Shown one piece after another: positions 1 to 8,921 of a DNA stretch of 64,000 nt. The translations under genes were made by a program, and so were the position numbers. The notes beneath the pieces were generated by a model that worked only from the letters and a program-made list of their open reading frames with translations, was not told where the DNA came from and did not search any database. Positions within the stretch are counted from its first letter, which is position 1. Every line of letters begins with the position of its first letter. The stretch is from Desulfomonilia bacterium (lineage in GTDB: Bacteria; Desulfobacterota; Desulfomonilia; UBA1062). The DNA lies in the NCBI GenBank assembly GCA_050014195.1, contig JBEKDT010000003.1, positions 1 through 64,000 of the forward strand, in the 5' to 3' direction.

Positions 1-657
1 TCGAAGATTGATTTGGAATATCAGTGTGTTGCATGATAACCATAGCAGATATTCTCTAAATCTCCAATGAGAAAATGCTCTTTTACTCAATTATTTCAAC
101 TAACTATACTTTCCGGATGGGCACTAAATAGATAATATATGAATGATGCTAACCGGCATCTCCTTTTAACATAAAATTTCATTAGGGATTAAATACAGTA
201 ATCTTAACATATCATAATCAAAATATTAATTCAATATATGAATTGAAATATATTCCATTTATTCTATCATGTATTTCACTCACAATCTTAATGAAACGAA
301 GGTTGCTATTTGAAATTACTTCCTCCTACAAAGTTAAATATTTCTTCGATAAATATATGACTTCTATCTCGGGATTCCAACCATAGATTTCGTGCCAAAA
401 TCAATGCTTTTATATTATTGTATGTGTCTGAACAAAATCTATACTCGTCGATGAAGTAGATACGAATGAGTATCTATAATCACCTTAAGTGATAAACGTG
501 AGTGTAGATATCTGTAATGAATGAGAGCTTCACGGTGGCCTGAAAAGTTCTGATCTCCAAAGAAAACCTTCAAAACTGGCCTACTACCGATTGCCTACGC
601 TAGGTGCACTTTCTGAGAGAATCAACTTGCTGGTACTGGAGCTGAATGCCAATCAAT

Positions 658-1806
658 TTATAGCGAGTTGGAGAAATCCTCAAATACTACATCAATAGGA
701 ATTGCAAATCCTATACCTTCGGCGTGGGTTAGAATCATGGTGTTAACGCCCAAGACATTCCCCTGCTTGTCGATAAGGGGGCCACCGCTGTTGCCGGGAT
801 TGATTGCTGCGTCAATCTGTAAATATGTTTCGTCACTGTTCGCCCTCTTTCTGTATGCGGAAAAGACCCCTGAAGTCACGGTATTGCTCAACCCAAAAGG
901 ACTCCCGATAGTATATACAACTTGGCCCTGTTCAAGACGTTGCTCTTTTGTATTCCGTTTCAAAATCTGGCCGGAGATCGAATCAACTTTCAAAAGGGCC
1001 AGATCGTGGGTAGCGCTAGGTATAATAATATCAACCGAATACTCCTTGTTGTCAGCAGTAACTATCTTGAGATCCTGGGAGTACTTCTGATCCGTTAACT
1101 TCGCAACCCTTTCCTCGTTTTTTCGCTGTATAGGCAATGCTTTGTTTACTTCATCCTCCTTGCCCTGGATGATAAGTTCCAATTGACTCCTGCTAGGCCC
1201 GGCAGGAATTTGCAGTATCTTTCCTTTCCACTCATTGATTTTTTCAATTTCAAGATCAATTATCTTCCGGTTTCGCTCTACACTGTTTTTGAATGCTTCA
1301 AAGCTAGTGTCATCGAACGTGACAACATGCTTGTTTGTTATTACAGCATGCTCACCAATAAAAAATCCTGAGCCAAGGCTACCCCAGGGGGTGCGAACCA
1401 AGACTGTCCCGCTTAGAGCTCTCTGGATGGGTTCTTCATTCGACCACTTGTTATCTGAATTTTCGGCTATTTTGACCGGCAATGATTGGGACGATTTTCC
1501 CTTAACATTCTGGATCGTTTGGTCAGTTACTGGGGGATTAACCTTATTAAGGCCAGACAAAAAATGCGATCGCCCCCCAAAATATATTGCGGTTACAAAG
1601 GTCGATATGATAACCAGACTGACCATTATTACAACACGGCGGTTCCCGGAACCGGTCGCCTCTATCGTAACCTGTTCAGCCTCGGCTTTCTTTCGGGCCT
1701 CAGCCTGAAAATATTTTTCAAAAACAATCCCGCAGGTTTCACACTCAATCTCGTTGGTAATTTTACTTAAACATTTAGGGCATTGATCCAATACCTTCCC
1801 TGTCAT
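658..1806 (-). CDS. Membrane-anchored trypsin-like (S1C/HtrA-type, no PDZ) serine protease with N-terminal zinc ribbon
   Basis: CPKC..CETC ribbon, one TM helix, GSGFFI, TNKHVV (His), DLALLKV (Asp), INPGNSGGPL (Ser). ATG at 1806 follows GGAGGAG. Confidence 0.85.
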   Translation of the reverse strand: MTGKVLDQCPKCLSKITNEIECETCGIVFEKYFQAEARKKAEAEQVTIEATGSGNRRVVIMVSLVIISTFVTAIYFGGRSHFLSGLNKVNPPVTDQTIQNVKGKSSQSLPVKIAENSDNKWSNEEPIQRALSGTVLVRTPWGSLGSGFFIGEHAVITNKHVVTFDDTSFEAFKNSVERNRKIIDLEIEKINEWKGKILQIPAGPSRSQLELIIQGKEDEVNKALPIQRKNEERVAKLTDQKYSQDLKIVTADNKEYSVDIIIPSATHDLALLKVDSISGQILKRNTKEQRLEQGQVVYTIGSPFGLSNTVTSGVFSAYRKRANSDETYLQIDAAINPGNSGGPLIDKQGNVLGVNTMILTHAEGIGFAIPIDVVFEDFSNSL

Positions 1807-2332
1807 TGGTTTGTTCTCCTCCCGTGAATTAATGAAAAGAACCTTCAAGTTTTAGTGATACTAATATTCTACATGTAGAAATAATGATCGAATATCTTTT
1901 AGATTTAACCATATAACTCATTTTAATGATTATCGGCAAAATATCAGCAAAGCTGTAGCCAATTCAAAGTAGCGTAATATCGCTCATAAATCCTCTCATC
2001 AAATATATTGTGTGTAAGATATGGTGTAACCACATAATAATTGGGAGTAATAAATCTATTTAATGCATGAAACAGTCAATAGAGAAAGGTTTTCACAACA
2101 GGGAACTCATAAAGAGTGGCTCTGACCTTGCTAACATCAGGAACACTGCTTTTATAAATGAATTGATAAAAAATTATTAAGATATTTTATAGAAGAACAA
2201 GTGTAGATAACTGTAATCTATGTGGAATTTTCTGGGATACAAGAAGTTATGGTATTCAAGAAACACCTACCAACTGTATGATATTGTCAGAAATATATGT
2301 AATAAAGGTCTACAAGGAGATAGAATATATTT

Positions 2333-3313
2333 ATGAAACCAGAATTAGTTCTCAGCTTATGTATGAAATTTATGGAATCAAGGATCCTACTAACTGCTAC
2401 TGAACTTGATATATTCAGTCTCTTAACACATCCGATGTATGCCCAGGAAATTGCGGATAAAACACAGGCCACCTTGCGCGGTGTCACGATATTACTTGAT
2501 GCGCTTGTGTCTATAGGCTTACTCGAAAAGAAACAAACGAAATATTGTTGTTCACAGGAAGTATCCTCATTGTTATCGAAAGACTCACCGACTTCAATAG
2601 TACCAATGGTAATGCATGCAGTTGGATTATGGAAAAGATGGTCAGATCTAACTGAGATCGTTCGACACGGTATACAAAAAACAAAACCTTCAGGACCTGA
2701 CAGGAGTGAAATCGAACAAGAGGCATTCATTGGAGCTATGCATGCGATCGCATCCAGAATAGCTCCTGGTATCGTTGCAGCTATCAATCCTGGAGCAGCG
2801 AAAAATTTACTCGACATAGGTGGTGCATCAGGATCGTATACGCAAGCTTTTCTTGAGGTCTCCCCTGAAATGAGAGCGACAATATATGACTTACCTTCAG
2901 TTATTAACATAGCTCAAAAGCGTCTTGCTGCCACTGATTTTCATAATCGGATTACATACATTGCCGGCGATTTTTATTTAGATGAATTACCTGCAGGTTA
3001 TGACCTTGTTCTCGTATCAGCTATCATTCACCAGAATAGTAATGAACAGAATATTGAACTGTACCGCAAGATTTATCGTTCTCTACTGTCAGGTGGAAGG
3101 CTTGTTATACGAGACCATGTCATGAGTCCTGATCATACCCATCCTACAACGGGAGCCATTTTTGCTGTGAATATGCTGGTTGGGACCCTTGGTGGTTCCA
3201 CCTACAGTTTTAAAGAAATCGATGAAGGACTTAAAACAGCTGGGTTTACTAAAATCAGGCTTATTCAACCCGATAAACACATGGATGGATTGGTGGAGGC
3301 ATTTAAGATTTGA
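2333..3313 (+). CDS. SAM-dependent O-methyltransferase with N-terminal dimerisation domain
   Basis: LLDIGGASG motif I, IAGDFY, IIHQ; AGGAG RBS. Confidence 0.85.
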   Translation: MKPELVLSLCMKFMESRILLTATELDIFSLLTHPMYAQEIADKTQATLRGVTILLDALVSIGLLEKKQTKYCCSQEVSSLLSKDSPTSIVPMVMHAVGLWKRWSDLTEIVRHGIQKTKPSGPDRSEIEQEAFIGAMHAIASRIAPGIVAAINPGAAKNLLDIGGASGSYTQAFLEVSPEMRATIYDLPSVINIAQKRLAATDFHNRITYIAGDFYLDELPAGYDLVLVSAIIHQNSNEQNIELYRKIYRSLLSGGRLVIRDHVMSPDHTHPTTGAIFAVNMLVGTLGGSTYSFKEIDEGLKTAGFTKIRLIQPDKHMDGLVEAFKI

Positions 3314-3438
3314 TTTACAAGATCATATCTCAGAGGTCTCTCATATAGGGAGATGAATGTCCTCAAAGTTCTCAACCTACCTCGCTGTTATTTATTTCTG
3401 ATTTCATTATAATAAGTGAAAAACTCCAGGAGGTAGAT

Positions 3439-4107
3439 ATGGACGTCATTGATGCTATGAAGTCGCGATTCACATGCCGGGCTTTCACCTCTGAACCAGT
3501 GGACAATAAGACGATCCTCACGATTATGGAGGCTGCGCTGCGGGCCCCTTCATGGGGGAATACGCAGCCCTGGGAGATATTCGTCGCCAGCGGGAAGGCA
3601 GCGAACAGGTTACGGGAGGCCTATACGGAGAGGTTTGCCAGGGAAATGCCCCTTAACCCGGATATTCCCAGGCCGCTTCCGAAGGACTGGCCTCCTGCAC
3701 TCAAGGAACGGTATGAGAAATTGAGAAATGACCGTTCAGATTTTCTGGGGCTGAATCGTGATAATGAGAAGGACATGCGTGAGCTCATGGTTCGTAACTT
3801 TTGCTTTTTCGATGCGCCTACTGTCATCTTCCTCTGCATGGACCGCACCCTGACACCTTGGTCCTTATTCGACCTGGGTGCACTATCGCAGAGTATCATG
3901 CTCATCGCCTGTGAGAATGGGCTGGGCACTGCAGTGGCGGTCCAGCTGGCTTCATATCCAGACCTGGTCCGCAAAGAGTTGGGTATCCCTGAGAATCTGG
4001 CTGTGTGCATCGGGATAGCTATCGGCCACATCGACCCTTCGAACCCACAAAATATATTCAGAAGCACACGCAGGCCTATGGACGAGATCGTAAGGATTAA
4101 GGACTAG
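3439..4107 (+). CDS. Nitroreductase family protein (copy 1)
   Basis: RFTCRAF, APSWGNTQPWEIFV, FFDAP, DLGALSQSIML; AGGAGG RBS. Confidence 0.9.
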   Translation: MDVIDAMKSRFTCRAFTSEPVDNKTILTIMEAALRAPSWGNTQPWEIFVASGKAANRLREAYTERFAREMPLNPDIPRPLPKDWPPALKERYEKLRNDRSDFLGLNRDNEKDMRELMVRNFCFFDAPTVIFLCMDRTLTPWSLFDLGALSQSIMLIACENGLGTAVAVQLASYPDLVRKELGIPENLAVCIGIAIGHIDPSNPQNIFRSTRRPMDEIVRIKD

Positions 4108-4158
4108 GCAGGAGATATCCCAAGGGACACTGATGATCTTGAGAAAGGAGATTCATTC

Positions 4159-4917
4159 ATGGAAAACCATCTTGCACAAAAGACAGCCATTATCACTGGA
4201 GCAAGTTCCGGTATTGGGCGTGCAACAGCGTTAGCCCTGGCAAAGGCAGGTGCATCGGTTGTTATTTATGCCCGCCGAAAAGACAGGCTTGACGAACTGG
4301 CTTTAGAGATTGCGGCCTTGGGTGGCAAAGCCCTTGTTGTGGCAGGTGATGCAAGTAATCAATCTGAGATCGATCTGCTTCTGGATAGTACTTTGGCCTG
4401 GAATGATGGTGGAAACAAGTATGACATTGTTATCGTAAATGCAGGTCGTGGACTTGCAGGAGGAATCCTCAGCAGTGAAGAATCACAATGGGAAGATCTT
4501 TATCAGATTAATGTCCTTGGCGCTGCACATCTGATGCGCCGTGCGGGGCAATACATGGTTCAGCGAAAAAGTGGTGATATCGTGGTTCTCGGTTCGGTTG
4601 CCGGGAGGAATATCTCTCCTTTTAGTGGTTTTTACGGTTCAACCAAATTCGCTATTGGGGCCATTGCAGAAGGTTTTCGTCGTGAGGTATGTCAGCATGG
4701 TGTGCGGGTTGCCACTGTCATGCCGGGGGTGGTTCTCAGCGAATTCCAGGAAGTGGCTGGCTATAATGAAGAGAATTTTGGAAAAGGTGTAGCCCAATTC
4801 GGCACACTGCTGGAGCCCAAGGCCATTGCCGACGGAATTTGTTGGCTGCTCACATTGCCGCCGTATGTCAACGTTAACGAGATCATGATCCGACCTACAG
4901 GTCAAAGCTACCCATGA
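4159..4917 (+). CDS. SDR family oxidoreductase (intact copy)
   Basis: TGASSGIG, VNAG and YGSTK motifs. Confidence 0.9.
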   Translation: MENHLAQKTAIITGASSGIGRATALALAKAGASVVIYARRKDRLDELALEIAALGGKALVVAGDASNQSEIDLLLDSTLAWNDGGNKYDIVIVNAGRGLAGGILSSEESQWEDLYQINVLGAAHLMRRAGQYMVQRKSGDIVVLGSVAGRNISPFSGFYGSTKFAIGAIAEGFRREVCQHGVRVATVMPGVVLSEFQEVAGYNEENFGKGVAQFGTLLEPKAIADGICWLLTLPPYVNVNEIMIRPTGQSYP

Positions 4918-5131
4918 CATAAGATGCAATAAGGTTAGATTGTTATCGAAGTGGGACTGATAGTAATGTTTAAGGCATGTGTTAGTTCACATAAGATATT
5001 AGAAGCTCGCCTTCCATAAAAGTTGCGATATCTGTAATAGATGTGCTTTTACATAAGGCTGAAAAACTAAGGTCTTCAGGTGATATCTATACTTTTAAGA
5101 CAATAGACTTGGACGTTAGAGATTAGCACGC

Positions 5132-5363
5132 TCTTACCCCGGGACAATTCCACATGTGCCTTGTTTGATAATTCCCTGTTCCGCGATTCATATTCCCTGA
5201 TATGTTGAGTAGGGAATTCTTATGTAACCTGCTGGAATGAGTTATCATATCGACGCCATTTATTTAATTTCGGTCCCAGAAACGACAAAATTCCTTGTAA
5301 ATTCCCTGATAAACAGGTAATTGGGTATAGAGAGTGGTTCGCAGATGACTGTCTGCACCACCA
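5132..5363 (+). repeat. 232-bp att-like element, copy 1 (direct repeat of 52614-52845)
   Basis: Same length as copy 2 and highly similar by eye; several ATTCCCTG/CAGGGAAT motifs; ends GGTTCGCAGATGACTGTCTGCACCACCA. Confidence 0.9.
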
Positions 5364-5499
5364 GTATTTCCTCCGCAGAAGAGATCCCACGGTATATGTG
5401 CTCAGAGGGGCGCTGTTGGCGTAATTCGGTTGGCGATGTTGACTGGAGAGGCCAGCAAGAAGCAGGTTTAGGCCACGATATCGGTTATTTTCTCTGTCT

Positions 5500-6183
5500 G
5501 GACATCGAGATCCAAAGGCTCTGGCCCAGATGGCAAAGGGGATTCTCAAGCGGAAGATACCTCAGCTCGAAGCGGCTCTCGAAGGGAGCTTTCCTGAGCA
5601 TTATGCCTTTCTGGTCCAGGTCTCTCTTTCTGTCATAGACCTATTGGACAAGCAGATAGCAGAGCTGGATAAGCACGTTGAATCCATGGTGATCCCCCTG
5701 CGCAAAGAAGTGGATGTAATAAGCAGCATCCCGGGTGTCAGCGAAACCTCTGCTCGAGCAATCATATCGGAGATAGGCATCGACATGAACCGTTTCGTCA
5801 CTGACACTCGCCTTGTTGCCTGGGCATGCATGTGCCCTGGCAACAACGAAAGTGCCGGCAAACGGAAAAGAGGAAAGACTCGCAAGGGCAATCGTTATCT
5901 GAGAAGAATGCTCGTCGAATGCGCCTGGGCAGCAGGCAAAACGGACTCTTTCCTCGGCCGCACTTTCCGGAGACTCCAGGCTCGCATTGGGGGAAAGAAG
6001 GCTGCCGTGGCTGTCGGCCACAAAATCCTGGTGATTATCTTCCATCTGTTGAACGAGGGCGTTTTATATGACGAGGGAAGATATAATCACCTCTCACCCA
6101 GAGAGGAGGAAAAACAGAAAAAGCGAGCTGTCGAAACCTTGCATCGTCTCGGCTTCAACGTTACGATCTCGCTCGCAGCTTAG
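5500..6183 (+). pseudogene. IS110-family transposase, C-terminal half only
   Basis: SIPGVS, IISEIGIDMNRF, WACMCPGNNESAGK, KGNRYLRRMLVECA, KKAAVAVGHKIL; the N-terminal DEDD domain is absent. Confidence 0.85.
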
Positions 6184-6512
6184 AAAATTATCCTATCGTT
6201 CAAACCCTTCTTCGTCCTGGGATACAGTACTCGTGTGCCTTATTCGCATATTCTTGTTTCATAGGAATATTCAGTTTGACGGAGTATCCCTCAATATGTT
6301 GAGGTTCCGCCAAATAGTGAGGCTAAACGAATCATTTCATACTTTTCTGCTGCTCTCTTCTATTCATCTAACCAGATGTTATTAATGGATGAATCTAAAC
6401 TTATGATCTTCCTTCGGCTCTTGGCCGACCATTTGCTCTTATAGTGAATAACATGATGACTATCTAGTTGTTATTTTCCTTGATCACCTGAAAAGAGGGA
6501 TGAGGTAACAAA

Positions 6513-6722
6513 ATGCAAATGAACGCAGACCTATTAAATATTCTTGCTGTGATCAAAACCGAACTCCTGAATCCACACTGGGGACAGTATCGCAGTAATG
6601 TCATAAATCCCTATGAAGATGTATCGCCTCGTATCGTTGCAGAAAAAATTGCTCAAGCCCTTCAGTCAACCGTCTCCAGCAACCCTGCAGTTCTGCAGAA
6701 TTCGCTGGCTTTACGAGGATGA
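6513..6722 (+). CDS. Small hypothetical protein (69 aa) directly upstream of the RpoH-like gene
   Basis: GAGG RBS before the ATG; stop lies 4 nt before the next ATG. Confidence 0.45.
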   Translation: MQMNADLLNILAVIKTELLNPHWGQYRSNVINPYEDVSPRIVAEKIAQALQSTVSSNPAVLQNSLALRG

Positions 6723-6726
6723 GTTC

Positions 6727-7590
6727 ATGATGCATTATCCGGTCAAATACAATCATGCTGTTGGTAAACTCATATATCAGTTCAAACAGGTGCTCCCTCT
6801 CACCAAAGAGGAAGAATATGAACTCGCAGTCCGCCTGAAGGATCAAGGTGATCTTGAGGCTGCGGACAGTCTCATAACTTCCAATTTGAAAAATGTAGTG
6901 TGGATCGCCATGGATTATGCCGGATATGGTCTGCCCCTGGAAGATACTGTTCAGGAAGGGATCATAGGGCTGATGATCGCAGTGAAGAAATTCGACCCGA
7001 ACAAAGGGTGTCGGCTCATGACCTATGCAATATGGTGGATTAAGGCAATGATCCATGAGTATATAATAGGGTTCTTCTCTCAGGTCAAGCTGGGCACGAC
7101 CAAGCTGCAGAAACGGCTGTTCTATGGACTCAACCGTATAATGGCTGAAGAGGAAGTCATGGATGAACATATCAGCGAGCAGTCCCATGCCCTCTCCTTG
7201 CGCCTTGATGCCGACCCCCGACAGATCGAGGAGATCATATTGAGGCTGACAAACAGGGACCAGTCCCTGGACACCCCCATAGCTGATGGGAGTAACATCA
7301 GCTTCCTGGATTATCTTGCTGATACGACGTTGAGCCCCGAAGACCATATCATAGAATTGCAGCGGACATCCTTGGTGAAAAAGCAGATCGACTCGGCCAT
7401 GGACAATCTCACATCAAGAGAGCGTTATATCACGCAGCACCGCATCATGGCCGAAAATCCCGCCACATTGGAAGACCTTGGGAGGCAGTATGCCATATCC
7501 AGGGAGCGGGTACGGCAGATCGAGAATAAGTCAAAGGTCAAACTGAAGAAGGCCCTCATTTCTTCCATTGACCTCATGCTGCCTTCTTAA
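6727..7590 (+). CDS. rpoH: RNA polymerase sigma-32-like factor
   Basis: Region 2 DTVQEGIIGLMIAVKKFDP..TYAIWWIKA, RpoH-box-like QKRLFYGL, region 4 SRERVRQIE. Start moved to ATG 6727 after GAGG. Confidence 0.75.
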   Translation: MMHYPVKYNHAVGKLIYQFKQVLPLTKEEEYELAVRLKDQGDLEAADSLITSNLKNVVWIAMDYAGYGLPLEDTVQEGIIGLMIAVKKFDPNKGCRLMTYAIWWIKAMIHEYIIGFFSQVKLGTTKLQKRLFYGLNRIMAEEEVMDEHISEQSHALSLRLDADPRQIEEIILRLTNRDQSLDTPIADGSNISFLDYLADTTLSPEDHIIELQRTSLVKKQIDSAMDNLTSRERYITQHRIMAENPATLEDLGRQYAISRERVRQIENKSKVKLKKALISSIDLMLPS

Positions 7591-7698
7591 GGGAGAAGTC
7601 AACTCCATGGCAAGGCATACAAAAGACATAATAAACGAACTCATGATCCTGCAGAATAGAATGAATACTATTAGATCTGTGGTAAATGAGGTGGTTCC

Positions 7699-8697
7699 AT
7701 GAAAAAGGCGATGATTCTTACTGCTTTACTTTTCCTGGTTTTTCCAAGCGTGTCCAAAGGGGATTACCATGAAGCTTTAAAAAATGGGGACTACAAAGCC
7801 GCACTAAATGAATTGATGCCACTAGCAGAAAAAGGGGGTGCCAGTGCCCAGTACAAACTTGGGTGGATGTATTTTAATGGCCAAGGTGTACTGCAGGACT
7901 ATGCCGAATCGGCAAGGTGGTATAGGAAGGCGGCCGATCAGGGGCATGCCGATGCCCAAAACAACCTTGGGGCTATGTATGAACATGGCCTAGGTGTTAC
8001 ACAGGACTATGCCGAGGCGGTCAAGTGGTACACGAAGGCGGCTGATCAGGGGCGTGTCGAGGCCCAGTACAACCTTGGGGCTATGTATGAACATGGCCTA
8101 GGCGTTACACAGGACTATTCCGAAGTGTTGAAGTGGTACAGGAAGGCAGCTGACCAGGGTGATGCCGATGCCCAGTACAGCCTTGGGGCTATGTATTCAA
8201 ATAGCCAAGGTGTACCACAGGACTATGCCGAGGCGGCGAGTTGGTGCAAGAAGGCGGCTGATCAGGGCGATGCCGGTGCCCAGTACAACCTTGGTGTTAT
8301 GTATGCAGATGGCCAAGGCGTACAACAGGACTATGTCGAGGCGGCGAGATGGTACAGGAAGGCGGCTGATCAGGGGCATGCAAGTGCTCAGTACAACCTT
8401 GGGGCTATGTATGCAAATGGCCAAGGCGTTACACAGGACTATGCTAAGGCAGTGGGGTGGTGTAAGAAGGCGGCCGATCAGGGCGTTGCCAGTGCCCAAT
8501 ACCAACTTGGGGTTATGTATGCACAAGGCCAAGTTGTTCCTCGAGATTATGTTCAGGCGCACATATGGACCAACCTTGCTGCCGCACAAGGAGATGAAGA
8601 AGCTGCTAAGATAAGGGATATGGTTGCTCAAAAGATGACATCTGCACAAATAGCAACAGCGCAGAAACTAGCAAGAAAATGGAAACCAAAAAAATGA
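7699..8697 (+). CDS. Secreted Sel1-repeat protein (7 repeats)
   Basis: Signal peptide, then 36-aa units AQYNLGxMYxxGxGVxQDYxEAxxWYxKAADQG (108-bp DNA repeats). Confidence 0.95.
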   Translation: MKKAMILTALLFLVFPSVSKGDYHEALKNGDYKAALNELMPLAEKGGASAQYKLGWMYFNGQGVLQDYAESARWYRKAADQGHADAQNNLGAMYEHGLGVTQDYAEAVKWYTKAADQGRVEAQYNLGAMYEHGLGVTQDYSEVLKWYRKAADQGDADAQYSLGAMYSNSQGVPQDYAEAASWCKKAADQGDAGAQYNLGVMYADGQGVQQDYVEAARWYRKAADQGHASAQYNLGAMYANGQGVTQDYAKAVGWCKKAADQGVASAQYQLGVMYAQGQVVPRDYVQAHIWTNLAAAQGDEEAAKIRDMVAQKMTSAQIATAQKLARKWKPKK

Positions 8698-8921
8698 TAA
8701 GTCTTTTGTATAGATCGCTTACCATCATCCCCTCTCTAAATTGAAGTGACCTTTTACATAGGTTCATCAAAAGATGTTCAGTTTTCAGCCCTCTCAAAAC
8801 CGATATGAAATCGAAGAGATCTACACTTTATAAACTTCCTGGGATTTTATTATGGTTTGTTAAATGGTAGAAGACTTATTCACCACTCCATAATGTAAGC
8901 TACAGTATACCCAACTTTCAG

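Noticed and set aside
1-340. Gene entering from the left edge
   Set aside because: AT-rich, the + frames close early, and no recognisable motif was found.
5325-5363. tRNA genes at the CCA-ending motifs (also 52810-52845 and 54064-54091)
   Set aside because: No D-arm, anticodon arm or matching 5' acceptor strand; treated as att-like fragments.
7840-8600. Regular 108-bp repeats (and 99-bp repeats at about 51400-52100) as CRISPR or a non-coding array
   Set aside because: They are in-frame Sel1 and ankyrin coding repeats with no unique spacers.
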